Of a stretch of DNA of 64,000 bases, positions 20,060-32,886 are shown piece after piece. The stretch is from Thraustochytrium aureum (Eukaryota). The notes under the pieces are model-generated. The model was not told the DNA's origin. It searched no databases and worked only from the letters and a program-made list of their open reading frames with translations. The stretch is taken from the NCBI GenBank assembly GCA_012862495.1, contig BLSG01000411.1:344817-408816 (forward strand), read 5' to 3'. How positions within the stretch are numbered: position 1 is the stretch's first letter; each line of letters opens with the position of its first letter. A program made the translations under genes and the position numbers.

Positions 20060-23000
20060 GTGAGGATGACGCTGAACGCGGCCGTGGGACCCGGGAGGCG
20101 CGGGCGGACGAGGAGGCGCGCTGGTGCCAAGTTGGGCCCAGTGGTGCCCGGCGTTCTCCAAGTTGGCATCGAGGCCGTCGAGGGCGCCGCAAGGTCGCTT
20201 GGGGGCGCCGATGGCAAGGCTTGTTGGCACGTGCGCGCGAGAATAGGTAGAAGCCCTCAAGACGATGGCGGCGGGCTCGAATTCCAGGGCGCAGCGTCGC
20301 CGCGCGATCAGAGCGGGTCCGCCGATTCCGGCGATGTCTTTGGACTCCCCGCCTTCTGCGGGCCCGATGCAAGCGCCGAACAGGGTCGTACGCAGACGTG
20401 CTGGTTCTCGCCCGTCAAAATACCTGTTTGTGTGCTGCCAGGCCGCGACGGGCCCGAGGGCTTTCTTAGCCTGCACCTACTCCAGCGCGACCTGATCTCT
20501 GGCCAGGATGACGAGGTCGGCCATGCAGTCCTGCCGCTTGCTGGAGTAGTGCAGGGCGCCTCTATTGCGCGCACTCAGTGTGTCTTGCGAAACAAGCGTG
20601 GGCGTGGTAGCCGCGGCACAGTCACCCTCACTCTCCGCTTCGTGCCAAGCCTCGGGGCGTCCAACCAAACAGAAGAACTTGGTTCTATAGAGGGCCGACG
20701 GGCGCACTGGGACTCGTTCCTAGCGCATTCCCCTGCACCCTGGACCTTGCGCGTGTTTGTCCTCGACGTTCGAGCTCCAAACGCGCCCCTAGCGCGCCTG
20801 CGCGTCACCTTGGCAGGCGCGGACCGCTCATCGTCACTGTGCGGCAGCGGCGCCAAGGCCCCCGTGGCTTCCTCGTCGCACGAGGACGAGGCAAAGCCGG
20901 CGGCTGGGCTCCCAGAGCAGGACAACGCTTTTGACGCGCTTGCCTTTCACAATCTTTCAAACCTCCCTGGCGTGGCCAAGTTGGACATCCTCGGCGTGGA
21001 CGGCTCGGAGCTGTCCTCGTGCTCGATGCAGATAAATGAGCTTCCACTGGACGGGCGCAGCTGGCTACCGGTCGGGCCAGAGGGCTGCGTCAAGATCGCG
21101 TGCGTCCCAGTTTCCTCGCAAGGCTCTCCGCTTGGGTACCTCCCCGCGGAGCCAGGTACGCTCTCGCTGCGCGTTGAGAGCGTGACAGCGCCCCCCAGTG
21201 GCGCCGCGTCGAGAAAGCTGTACCTAGTCGCACATCTCTTTCCAATTGTCTCGGGTGAAAGCCGAGGGCGCGTCAAGCTTCGCGACGTTGCGAGGTCCTC
21301 CACGCATGAGCTCGGCTCGCCGGCGTCAAGCAAAGAGGCGGGAACCTCGACGTGGAACGACCTCATCCAGCTTCCGTGGACCGGAGTTGCCGCTATTGGC
21401 GCGCGCGACGCGATCACGTGTCCCGCGGTCCACCTTTCGCTGTGGGACGAGGCCGAGGCCGCGCAGGGCGCTCTCGCGGAAGCGCTCTGCGATCTCGGCG
21501 ACCTCGCAGAGTCCTCCTTGATCGCTCAAAAAACTGCCCTCAGGCCCCTTACGTCGCCGTACAAATGAGCGATGTGAGGGCTAAGGGATGCTGCGTCGCC
21601 CTGCGGCTGGACTTTGCGGGAGCTGCAAGGCCCAAGACTGCCACCGCCGCGCCGATACCGCCGACTCGGTCGCGCAATTCCGTCGCAATGGCTGGGGAAG
21701 ACAGCGTGGCGCCTATGCCAGTCGCTGTCTCCGTTCTGCGATTGCAGAACCCACCAAAGTGCGTCCGAGGCCAGCGACTTCGTGTCAGGGCCAGAGGGTT
21801 TTATGGCGCCGCCGGTCTAGTTCAACTGGAGACGCGTCTTGCAGCGCCGCCCCAAAGCACTGGGGGGACGTCGTTTGGGGCGAAGAACTGAGCTTCGGCC
21901 ATGTCCTGCAGGACGAAGGAGGCCCGTTCCTGGAAATAGAGATTCTCAGCGACGGCAAGGACCCTCCGCTCGCGACTGCGCGCTTGCCTTCAAAGTGCAG
22001 TGCTGGTTCCCTCGCGGGAGAAAAGCAATGGGTAGGGCTCTCGTGGGCCCATGGACCGACGACGGGGAGCGCACCGGGAGCAGACCCACGGTTGCTTGTC
22101 CAAGTTCACTACGAGCAAGGCGATGAGCCTGGCGCCATCCAGCGGCACTCGGTGGAGGCCGCTGGTTGCGGAGGGATTCGCACGGGGCTTCTCAACGACA
22201 CGCGGCTGCCGCCTACGCGGGGCGCGACTGGTCAACGAGGCTCGCTCTCAATTCGGGTGCTGGAACTGGCAATCACCGACCCCAAGGCCCCGCTCGCGCT
22301 CTGTAAGGGGGTGCACTGTAAGCTTGTCTGCGAAAGTGCNNNNNNNNNNNNNNNNNNNNNNNNNNNNNNNNNNNNNNNNNNNNNNNNNNNNNNNNNNNNN
22401 NNNNNNNNNNNNNNNNNNNNNNNNNNNNNNNNNNNNNNNNNNNNNNNNNNNNNNNNNNNNNNNNNNNNNNNNNNNNNNNNNNNNNNNNNNNNNNNNNNNN
22501 NNNNNNNNNNNNNNNNNNNNNNNNNNNNNNNNNNNNNNNNNNNNNNNNNNNNNNNNNNNNNNNNNNNNNNNNNNNNNNNNNNNNNNNNNNNNNNNNNNNN
22601 NNNNNNNNNNNNNNNNNNNNNNNNNNNNNNNNNNNNNNNNNNNNNNNNNNNNNNNNNNNNNNNNNNNNNNNNNNNNNNNNNNNNNNNNNNNNNNNNNNNN
22701 NNNNNNNNNNNNNNNNNNNNNNNNNNNNNNNNNNNNNNNNNNNNNNNNNNNNNNNNNNNNNNNNNNNNNNNNNNNNNNNNNNNNNNNNNNNNNNNNNNNN
22801 NNNNNNNNNNNNNNNNNNCAGGTTCTCTTGGACAGCTACGCGACGCAAGATGCTGCGGCGACGGCAGACGGCCCAGGCTTGGCGTCGCTAGTCGTTCATG
22901 TTGGCGGATTACCTTCTCTGGAGCTGTCCGGCTACGAGTGGCGCGGAGCCCTGGAATCCGCTGTTCGCATGCGGGCGGGGCAATCGGCCCGTGGGCAAAG

Positions 23001-26000
23001 ACGTCCAGCAAGCCCCATCGCGCTGGCGCTAGCGCAGGCCAAGAGTGGAACGAATCCCTTGTCGTGCTCGTACCGAGCGCACCTGCGGCCGGCTCGCTTG
23101 AGGTGGAGCTCGTCAACGAAAACACCATCGACGAGGAGACAACGGTAATCGGAAGAGGCCGGCTGGACCTGGGTACAATCCGCGAAGCGGCTTCCCAAGT
23201 CACCGCGACGGTTGCCTTGGCAAGCGCCTCTACCAAGGCCGAGCAAGTGGGGACGCTAACCCTGATAGTTGACGCCGCGGCTCAGTGACGCCAGCCAACG
23301 GCGCGCAGCCGCTCCAGCGCTAAGGAGTTTGGCTATGTGCGTGTCGACATCCTGGGCGCATCAAAGCTCCGCTCGAGGTGGGGCCGCATCCACAAGTCTA
23401 TGGCGCAGCTGGTTCTCGTTGACCGCGGCGCCGGCCAAGATGAGCGCCGCGTGCTGCGACGCACTGAAATTGAAGGTGATGGCGTTGGCAGAGGCCCAGG
23501 CCCAACCAGCGAAGAACGCCTGTTCACGTGGAATACGTCGATCAGCATCGCCGACCCAAGTGTGGTGGAAAGACTTGGGACCAGCGCATCGCTATGTATC
23601 GAAATTCTCGACGCAACTATTGTAGAGTCGCTGGAGGTTGTCGGCGTCGTCCCAGTCGACCTCTCTGCGCCTCAAACACAGCGATGGGTGCAGGTCGAGC
23701 AATGCGACTCCGCGAACTCGGGTCGCGAAGGCGTTAGCGGCGCCATGGCGTCGCAGACGGCAGACGCCACTCAGCAAAAGAGCCTTGGCAAGGTCTTGCT
23801 GGCCGCAAGGCGACTCGTTTCGCGGGAGGGCGAACTTCACATACAGCTCGAGGACATTCAGGGCCGCATTCCTGGCCGCCCGGACGGGATTGTTGAAAGC
23901 GCTCCAGAGTTTGTCAAGGCGCGCGTTGAACCTGCAGGCATATGTTGCAAAAGCGGGCCCGGCAAGCTCTCGGAGGAGCTCGTCTTGCCCCTCCGCAGCG
24001 CCGCCACAGGCCTGCTCGCACGGGTGGTCAACGAACTCGTCACCGTGAGCCTACAAGTCGACGATCCCCTCGTTGCAGAAAACATACTAGGCGTGAGCGA
24101 GCTTGACATAGCCGACCTCGTCTCGGCGCCGAGCGCCCAACTGCAAACGGAGGTGAGCGTCTTGCACCCGGTGACCAGGCACGACTTGGGCGCCCGCATG
24201 GCGTTGCGCGTTTGGTTCGAGCCGGACAGCGGCCCGCTCAACTCGGCGAGGTCAGAAGGAGCCGCGCTCAGCGAGGATGGCGTTCTGGCGAACGAGGAAG
24301 ACGCAGCCAGCTGCATCGTAGCCGCGCGGCTAGGAGTGTCTTTTACGCGGTTGACAAGGACTCAAGCGGGTCGATCTCGGCACCAGAGCTGTCGGCTGCG
24401 ATGGCCCGCGACGCGTCGCTCGCCGCTGCCCTTGGCCTGGACACGTCTGGAGATCGGGCGCAGCTGGCCGAAACGGTATTTCGCGATATGGACGTCGATG
24501 GCAGCGGCCAGGTCAGCTGGGCCGAGTTCCAGCAGTATTGCTCCTTAAAGAGCAAGCAAGTCGTGCTCGCGCCACGGGAGGCGGAAAGCAGGCCACAAGT
24601 TGTCGAGCCACAAGTTGTCGAGCCACAAGTTGTCGAGCCGTTTGGTGACGCCTCCAACGCTGGCGACCAGGCTTTGCCGGGCTTGCCGACGACAGAAGGG
24701 GAATCGCCCCCAAAAGCAGGCGCCACAAGGCCAGTCACCGGGAAGGCCAGCGAGGTCTCGTCTGAATCGAAACCCGCGGTGCCGAGTGCCAAGGGGAGCG
24801 CAACAAAGCGGTCGAGATCTGCGAATCAAACTCCAAAGCCGCCTGGCGCGCTCAAGTCTTCGGGCGGTAGCGACGGGCGGCGGCGGCCGAGACCGAGGTT
24901 GGCGTCGTCTGGGGGCGCCGAGAAGGACCTACGAACACAAACGACACGCGTGCGCGACACCTCCACCTTGCCCAAGTATGACGAGCTGAAAATGGCGAAG
25001 CGCGAGCTGGACGACCCGATCGAACTGCGTCGCCAGATTGACGAGCTCAAGCGCACGCAGAACGAGTATGCGGAGCAGAACCGAATTCTCAAGGGCAAGA
25101 TCGCCAAGGGCCCAAAGTCTCAGCGCGGCAGCACCAAGGGAAGCGACTCGAGCAGCGGAGCGGGCGGCCTGGCCGAGTTGCGACAAATGGTCGAAGACCT
25201 CAAGCGGGAAAACGCCGCGCTGCGGGAGCGCGGCGCCCAGCAGCAGCAGTCCTTCTCTGCAGAAGCCGGGGACGAGGCCATGCGGCCAGACTGTGCGGCT
25301 GCCGGCCCAGATGCGAGTGGCGCTGAGGTCCGGATGAAGCAGCTCGAGCAGGAGCTAGCGATTAAGCAAGACCTCCACAGGCACGAGCTCGAGGCCGCAG
25401 AGCGCGAGAGGCGTGCGACCCAAGAAAGGCTCGACATCGCCTTGGAGGAGAAAGAGTCTCTTGCCGAGGAGGCAAGGCTCAAAGCTGGCGAGCTGGCCGA
25501 GCAACGCGGCAAAGCCCAGGGGTTGGAGCACTCGGTACAAGAGATGTCTGCCGAGCTCGGCGAGGCACGAAAGCTCACCGAGGTGGGCCCTGGCAGCGAC
25601 GCATGGAAGCTGGTGCAGCTGCGCGCCATGGACGAGCAACAGGACAAGCGTCTGGCTGAAGCGCGAGGCAAGCGCGCCGCAGAGGCCGGTGCCGCTGCTC
25701 GGCTTCAAGCTGCCGTCCGCGCGGTCCGCGAGCGCGTGCGGTTTAACCGCGCTCGCCTCGAGCGTGCTAGCGCGGCGACGCGTCTCCAGGCGCTAGTCCG
25801 GGCCAAGACGGCGCAGCGCCGATTCGAGCTCGAAATGCAGGCCTCAGCGACAGCTTCGCGGGCGATCCAAGCCGCGTACCGAGGGAAAAAGGCGCGCAGC
25901 GAATATGCCTCGAAGCGGCAGGCCGCGACAGTGATCCAGAGCCGGTACCGAGGTGCGGCTGGCCGCCAAGACGCTGCCTCGCGACACCGTGTGCGCCAGA

Positions 26001-26617
26001 GTGCGACGGTGATCCAGGCCGCCGTGAGGCGACGCAAGTCGTTCAAGCACGTCAAGGCTGTTCGCACGCAGCGGGAGCGCGAGGAGGCTGCCGCTGTGCT
26101 CTTGCAGAGCGCGGTCCGGCGCGCCCGCGCGCAAGAGACCTGCTCACTTTTGCGCGACGAGCGCGCGCAGGTGCACCTTGAGCACAGTGCCGCAACCACA
26201 ATACAAAAGTCGCTTCGGCGCAAGCGCGCGCAAGGCGAAGTGGAGAGCGCGCGGCAGAGCCTGGCCCAGCGCTGCGCTGCGGTGTCGCGCATCCAGAGGC
26301 GGTTCCGGGCAAAGGCGCAAAAGGTGGCGTCCGACGGTTCTGCTTCCCAATGGCTGAGTTCTTCTGCCGCAGCGGTGCAAGCGGCCTTGGGCGTCCCTGC
26401 GTCGGGTCGGGAGGCGCGTCAAGTTCTGGAGGCCTTTGTTGCGCGCCGAGGGCCAACGGCGGCGCCAGGGCGAGCTGCCGACACCCTTGCCAGGGCGCTG
26501 CACGATATTTCAAACTTGAAGGAGGGCAAGCTCGGCTCGGCGCGGGCGCCGGACAAGAGCAACGGTGCAGACCTCGTCGAGTCTGTTCGCTCGCTCGCGC
26601 AGATAACACATTGTTAA
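20060..26617 (+). CDS. Large multi-C2-like / EF-hand / coiled-coil / IQ-repeat protein; probably one gene split by indels and a gap
   Basis: C2-like segments (DDEVGHAVLPL; TWNDLIQL..VHLSLWDE; QEWNESL..LEVELVNEN..IGRGRLDL; ENILGVSELDI). EF-hands DKDSSGSISAPE and DVDGSGQVSWAE. Long coiled coil and multiple IQxxxRGxxxR-like motifs (IQAAYRGKKAR, IQSRYRG, IQRRFR). Frame shifts near 21510, 21865, 23280-23320 and 24308. True start uncertain. Confidence 0.7.
24593..24640 (+). repeat. Coding 15-bp tandem repeat (PQVVE)x3
   Basis: ccacaagttgtcgag x3. Confidence 0.9.
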
Positions 26618-26644
26618 AGCGACTAGGCAGGTAGAATTTAGGAG

Positions 26645-26797
26645 TTAGAGCCCAAGCTTGGTGCGGCGCCAGTTCCTCCGCTTGCTGTTGTAGCGGATCT
26701 TGTTGTCCGTGCGGTACCGGATCCACTGGGGGATGGGGCGGTTCTGCTTGGCCTTCTTGGCCAAGGTCCGCTTGGTGCGGGTGGTCTTTTGCGACGG
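26645..26797 (-). CDS. RPL39: 60S ribosomal protein L39 (eL39), exon 2; ATG exon lies upstream, probably in the gap
   Basis: [50 protein letters not shown], immediately preceded by a CAG acceptor (26800-26798) and a GCTAAC branch site. With the initiator Met this gives the expected 51 aa. Confidence 0.96.
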   Translation of the reverse strand, partial: PSQKTTRTKRTLAKKAKQNRPIPQWIRYRTDNKIRYNSKRRNWRRTKLGL

Positions 26798-28532
26798 CTG
26801 GTGTTGGCGACAAACAAGGCGAGCGAAGTTAGCCACATCTGCGACAAAAGTGTACAATCCAAGCCCGCAAATCAATCCAAGGGCCTCTCCAACTTCCGCC
26901 GCGCGAGGCGCCGGATTACGACCGCCAACCTGCACCTGCCACAACGTGCCACGCACCGCGTGACACGTGCAGAGAGCAACCCGCAAAGAGCGCCTCAAAC
27001 GTCGCGCACCGAGCCAGACAGCGTTCGCCGCCCACGCGCCCACGCCGCCCCAGCCCCTTGCGCCGCCTGGCCGTCCTTCCTTNNNNNNNNNNNNNNNNNN
27101 NNNNNNNNNNNNNNNNNNNNNNNNNNNNNNNNNNNNNNNNNNNNNNNNNNNNNNNNNNNNNNNNNNNNNNNNNNNNNNNNNNNNNNNNNNNNNNNNNNNN
27201 NNNNNNNNNNNNNNNNNNNNNNNNNNNNNNNNNNNNNNNNNNNNNNNNNNNNNNNNNNNNNNNNNNNNNNNNNNNNNNNNNNNNNNNNNNNNNNNNNNNN
27301 NNNNNNNNNNNNNNNNNNNNNNNNNNNNNNNNNNNNNNNNNNNNNNNNNNNNNNNNNNNNNNNNNNNNNNNNNNNNNNNNNNNNNNNNNNNNNNNNNNNN
27401 NNNNNNNNNNNNNNNNNNNNNNNNNNNNNNNNNNNNNNNNNNNNNNNNNNNNNNNNNNNNNNNNNNNNNNNNNNNNNNNNNNNNNNNNNNNNNNNNNNNN
27501 NNNNNNNNNNNNNNNNNNNNNNNNNNNNNNNNNNNNNNNNNNNNNNNNNNNNNNNNNNNNNNNNNNNNNNNNNNNNNNNNNNNNNNNNNNNNNNNNNNNN
27601 NNNNNNNNNNNNNNNNNNNNNNNNNNNNNNNNNNNNNNNNNNNNNNNNNNNNNNNNNNNNNNNNNNNNNNNNNNNNNNNNNNNNNNNNNNNNNNNNNNNN
27701 NNNNNNNNNNNNNNNNNNNNNNNNNNNNNNNNNNNNNNNNNNNNNNNNNNNNNNNNNNNNNNNNNNNNNNNNNNNNNNNNNNNNNNNNNNNNNNNNNNNN
27801 NNNNNNNNNNNNNNNNNNNNNNNNNNNNNNNNNNNNNNNNNNNNNNNNNNNNNNNNNNNNNNNNNNNNNNNNNNNNNNNNNNNNNNNNNNNNNNNNNNNN
27901 NNNNNNNNNNNNNNNNNNNNNNNNNNNNNNNNNNNNNNNNNNNNNNNNNNNNNNNNNNNNNNNNNNNNNNNNNNNNNNNNNTTGTGTTCTTTTGTTCTCT
28001 TGTTGTTCGTGGGAGAGCGGGTTTGGTAGCCCCCGAGGAACAGGGCGAAGGCGGTTGGTTGCCTTGATGGATTGATTGAAGAACGAACGAGACGCCGCGA
28101 TTGATCGATCGATAGGTCCGTGCGACGCCGGGCAGACGCACATCGAGCGAGCAGGCGCGCTGGCGACGGGAGAAGGACCCGGGCAGCGGCACTCCGGTGG
28201 CAGCAGCGCTGCTGTGGCGTTTCGGCCGTCGCGATCGCTGGGCGAGGAAGGAGGGGTGCGCGGTCCTGACCGGCGAAGATAGAATCCGAAGGCAGAAAGG
28301 AAGAGAAGGAGAGGAAGGAAAAGCAGCGTGCGCGGGCGGGCCGGCGCTGCTGGGGGCGAGCGCGGCGCGCTGCAGGTTCGTCGCGCGCCTGGGATTCGGG
28401 CCTGCCAGACACAGACCGACGCCGACCGCGGCCTGTTGCACAACACGTCGGGCGCGCCGGGACGGGTGGGTGGCTCCAGAAGTTACGCGAGTCCCTCGCG
28501 GTTCGAGGCTCGGCGGCGGCTGACCTGGCGCC

Positions 28533-31521
28533 ATGGAGCGGCTGCTGGACTTTAGCAAGCCGCTTGACGTCGGGCTCCTGGAACAGACCGTGCAAGCGCT
28601 CAACACTAGCACAGACCCAGCCATCAGGCAGCAGGCGGACCATGCCCTGACGGCGCTGAAAAGCCACGAGCTGGCCTGGCAGAGCGCCGGGACGGTGCTC
28701 GAGGCCTCGCAAGACCCGCTAACACGGTTCTTCGCGCTGCAAATCCTCGAAGACGCGATCAAGTACCGGTGGAAATCGCTGCCGGCCGAGCAGCGGCAGG
28801 GCATTCGCAACTATGTCGTGAAGAAAATCGTCGACACGACCTCTGTGGAAGGGTACAAGGACGACAGGTCCAAAAAGCTCTTCGTGAGCAAACTCAACCT
28901 GATCCTCGTTCAGATCCTCAAGCAGGAGTGGCCTGAGAACTGGCCGAACTTCATCCCCGAGATCGTGGGCTCCAGCTCAAAGAGCGAGGTACTCTGCGAA
29001 AACAACATGCACGTGCTCAAGCTGCTGAGCGAGGAGGTGTTTGAGTTTTCCAAGGAGGAGATGCGCTCCGAAAAGGTAATGCAAATGAAGACGCGGCTAA
29101 ACGGGGAGTTCCGGCAGGTCTTCGAGCTGTGCCAGCTCGTCCTCAGCTCCTCGCAGCGGCCGGGCCTGATCACCATCACGCTGCAGACCTTGCTGCGGTT
29201 CTTGGGCTGGATCCCCCTCGGCTACATCTTTGAGACGCCGCTCGTGGAGCAGCTGCTGACCAAGTTCCTCCCCAACACGATGTTCCGCAACGACACGCTG
29301 GCCTGCCTCACAGAGATCGGAAGCTTGACGGAGCCAAACTACGACCCGGTCTTCCAGAACATGTTTGCCAGCGTGATGAACTTGCTCCAGCAGCAACTTC
29401 CGCCCGATACCGACATCGCGCGCGAGTACGAGCGCGCAGGGGAGCGCGAGCAAATGTTCATCCGCGGCCTGAGCTTGTTCCTGGCGGGGTTCATGGGCGC
29501 GCACCGCGACCTGCTCGAGAAACCCGAGAACCACCAGGCCACCGTGGTGGCGATGGTATACCTGGTCTCGATCTCCATGGTGGACGACAAGGAGATATTC
29601 AAGATCTGTCTCGAGTTTTGGANNNNNNNNNNNNNNNNNNNNNNNNNNNNNNNNNNNNNNNNNNNNNNNNNNNNNNNNNNNNNNNNNNNNNNNNNNNNNN
29701 NNNNNNNNNNNNNNNNNNNNNNNNNNNNNNNNNNNNNNNNNNNNNNNNNNNNNNNNNNNNNNNNNNNNNNNNNNNNNNNNNNNNNNNNNNNNNNNNNNNN
29801 NNNNNNNNNNNNNNNNNNNNNNNNNNNNNNNNNNNNNNNNNNNNNNNNNNNNNNNNNNNNNNNNNNNNNNNNNNNNNNNNNNNNNNNNNNNNNNNNNNNN
29901 NNNNNNNNNNNNNNNNNNNNNNNNNNNNNNNNNNNNNNNNNNNNNNNNNNNNNNNNNNNNNNNNNNNNNNNNNNNNNNNNNNNNNNNNNNNNNNNNNNNN
30001 NNNNNNNNNNNNNNNNNNNNNNNNNNNNNNNNNNNNNNNNNNNNNNNNNNNNNNNNNNNNNNNNNNNNNNNNNNNNNNNNNNNNNNNNNNNNNNNNNNNN
30101 NNNNNNNNNNNNNNNNNNNNNNNNNNNNNNNNNNNNNNNNNNNNNNNNNNNNNNNNNNNNNNNNNNNNNNNNNNNNNNNNNNNNNNNNNNNNNNNNNNNN
30201 NNNNNNNNNNNNNNNNNNNNNNNNNNNNNNNNNNNNNNNNNNNNNNNNNNNNNNNNNNNNNNNNNNNNNNNNNNNNNNNNNNNNNNNNNNNNNNNNNNNN
30301 NNNNNNNNNNNNNNNNNNNNNNNNNNNNNNNNNNNNNNNNNNNNNNNNNNNNNNNNNNNNNNNNNNNNNNNNNNNNNNNNNNNNNNNNNNNNNNNNNNNN
30401 NNNNNNNNNNNNNNNNNNNNNNNNNNNNNNNNNNNNNNNNNNNNNNNNNNNNNNNNNNNNNNNNNNNNNNNNNNNNNNNNNNNNNNNNNNNNNNNNNNNN
30501 NNNNNNNNNNCAGCATAAAGTGGTCAAGGTGATGCGTGTTGCCAACGTGGAAATCCTCAAGCTGATCGAGACGTTCGTGTCCAAGTCCGAGAACAGCGCC
30601 GACGTGGCGAACAACTTTTTCCCGCCGCTCATCCAGAGCGTGCTTGTCGACTACCAAGAGTGCGTCCCCGTGGCGCGCAGCCCGGAGGTGCTGCAGCTCT
30701 GCGTCGTGTCCGTGAACAAGCTCCAGGGCGAGGTGGCGACCGCCATGGACGGCACCATGGTTGAAAAGCTTCTGAGCCCCTTGTTCAACTCAACGCTCGA
30801 GATGATCACGCAAAACTTCACGGACAACCCGGAGCACCGCATCAACTTTTTCCGCCTTCTCCGGGCGCTCAACGCGTACTGCTTTGAGAGCCTCTTCGCG
30901 GTGCCCGACGAAACGCAGAAGAACATCGTCAACGCGATCGTGTGGGCGTTCAAGCACACGGAGCGCAACATTTCCGAGACTGGGCTGGATATCTTGAGCC
31001 GCGTCCTCGACAACGTGCTTCGCGCGCCGGACGCGTTTGCGCAGCGCTTTTACTCCAACTACTACCTCAGCCTCCTCCAGGACGTGCTCTACGTGCTGAC
31101 GGACCGCTTGCACAAGAGCTCGTTTGCGCTGCACGCAGTCATCCTGCGCCACCTCTTCACCGTGGTTGGGGAGGGCCGGGTCAAGGTCCCGCTCGGTGCA
31201 GGCGCGACGGACAACAAGGTCTTTCTTCGCGACTACGTGGGCAACATGATCGCCACGGCTTTCCCAAATGTCAGCAAGCGTGACGTAGAGGCCTTTGTCG
31301 TCGGCCTCTTCGACCCGTCCAAGGACCCCGCGGCCTTCAAGGCCCATCTGCGCGACTTTCTCGTCACCATCAAGGAGTTTTCGGGCGAGGACAACGAGCA
31401 GCTCTTCCTCCAGGAGAAGGAGGAGCAGGACCGCCTGGCGCAGCAGCTCCAGCTCCAAGAGCGTGCCGCTGTGCCGGGCATGCTCACGCAGAAGGAGAAG
31501 GACGAGATGGCAGACCTCTGA
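28533..31521 (+). CDS. XPO1: Exportin-1 / CRM1, paralogue A; central gap 29623-30510
   Basis: LLDFSKPLDVGLLE, IKYRWKSLP, KLNLILVQILKQEWP, CENNM, LLSEEVFEFS, EIFKICLEFW, PEHRINFF, WAFKHTERN, FKAHLRDFLV. Confidence 0.97.
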
Positions 31522-32159
31522 GCCGCCTGTCCCAGGCGGTGCCCGCTCTGCGCGCAGCGGTCGCGGAGTGTCGTTCGCCGAATCTGCAGGGCGCGCGTCC
31601 AAATCGGTACCGGCTGCGGCGCGAGTCGCGCGCTTTCCGGCACCGCTTGTCGCGGTGCTGCTGCCGCGCGCTCGCCGACCTCGACAAGCGCCTTGTCCTA
31701 GCATTGACAAGCGCCAAATTGAAATAGCCCAGCCGCCATTGCTCCAGAGCCGAGCCGAGCCGCCCGTGCAAGTGGCGCCACCGTGGCAGCGCGAGCGAGC
31801 CTGTCCGAGCTGCGTTGACCTTGACCAAGGCCGAGAAAGAGCTCGTCTCGGGGCAGGCGCGCCCTGCGTCCGCCCACAGCATGCCGCGTGGGAAAAAACC
31901 AAAAACCAAAAACCCCAGCAGCGGCGTGTCCTTTGCAAGAAAAACGCGAAAAACTGCCGCGCCGCGGCAGCGAACACCGCGGCCCCGCACAGCGAACCCG
32001 GCTTGCGGTCTGTTTTCGCTCTCAAGCTGCCCGCGCGAGTACCTCTACCGGTAGCAAGTGAGCCTCTCCTTTTGTCCCTGCCTCCATCGCGGCTTGGGGG
32101 CGGCTTGCCCACTTCCGAATGAACTCGACGCTCCTTCCACGTTTCCACCAATAACACAC

Positions 32160-32202
32160 AGCGAGAGCGAGAGAGAGTGAGAGTGAGAGAGAGAGAGAGA
32201 GG
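32160..32202. repeat. (GA)n microsatellite at a gap edge
   Basis: agcgagagcgagagagagtgagagtgagagagagagagagg. Confidence 0.9.
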
Positions 32203-32886
32203 NNNNNNNNNNNNNNNNNNNNNNNNNNNNNNNNNNNNNNNNNNNNNNNNNNNNNNNNNNNNNNNNNNNNNNNNNNNNNNNNNNNNNNNNNNNNNNNNNN
32301 NNNNNNNNNNNNNNNNNNNNNNNNNNNNNNNNNNNNNNNNNNNNNNNNNNNNNNNNNNNNNNNNNNNNNNNNNNNNNNNNNNNNNNNNNNNNNNNNNNNN
32401 NNNNNNNNNNNNNNNNNNNNNNNNNNNNNNNNNNNNNNNNNNNNNNNNNNNNNNNNNNNNNNNNNNNNNNNNNNNNNNNNNNNNNNNNNNNNNNNNNNNN
32501 NNNNNNNNNNNNNNNNNNNNNNNNNNNNNNNNNNNNNNNNNNNNNNNNNNNNNNNNNNNNNNNNNNNNNNNNNNNNNNNNNNNNNNNNNNNNNNNNNNNN
32601 NNNNNNNNNNNNNNNNNNNNNNNNNNNNNNNNNNNNNNNNNNNNNNNNNNNNNNNNNNNNNNNNNNNNNNNNNNNNNNNNNNNNNNNNNNNNNNNNNNNN
32701 NNNNNNNNGCCAAGTCTGGCTTGCTGACTCGCTGGCTGGCTTGTGCCGGGCCTGCGGACGGGCGGAGGAAGGACGACCGACCGCCCGCAGCGTTGGCGGG
32801 CCTGCGAGCCGGGACGGGAGGCGGTGAAGGGGCGCGAGGCGCCGGGGGACGGTCGTGCGGCGCGGTCGCTTGCCTGGTCGCTCGGG

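Noticed and set aside
26645..28810. 721-aa ORF ending in RPL39, read as a fusion protein
   Set aside because: It reads through an intron and an N-gap. A clear acceptor sits immediately before the RPL39 exon.
32743..32886. 48-aa N-terminal extension on XPO1 copy B
   Set aside because: It comes from a GTG start allowed by the ORF caller. The ATG at 32887 aligns with the start of copy A.
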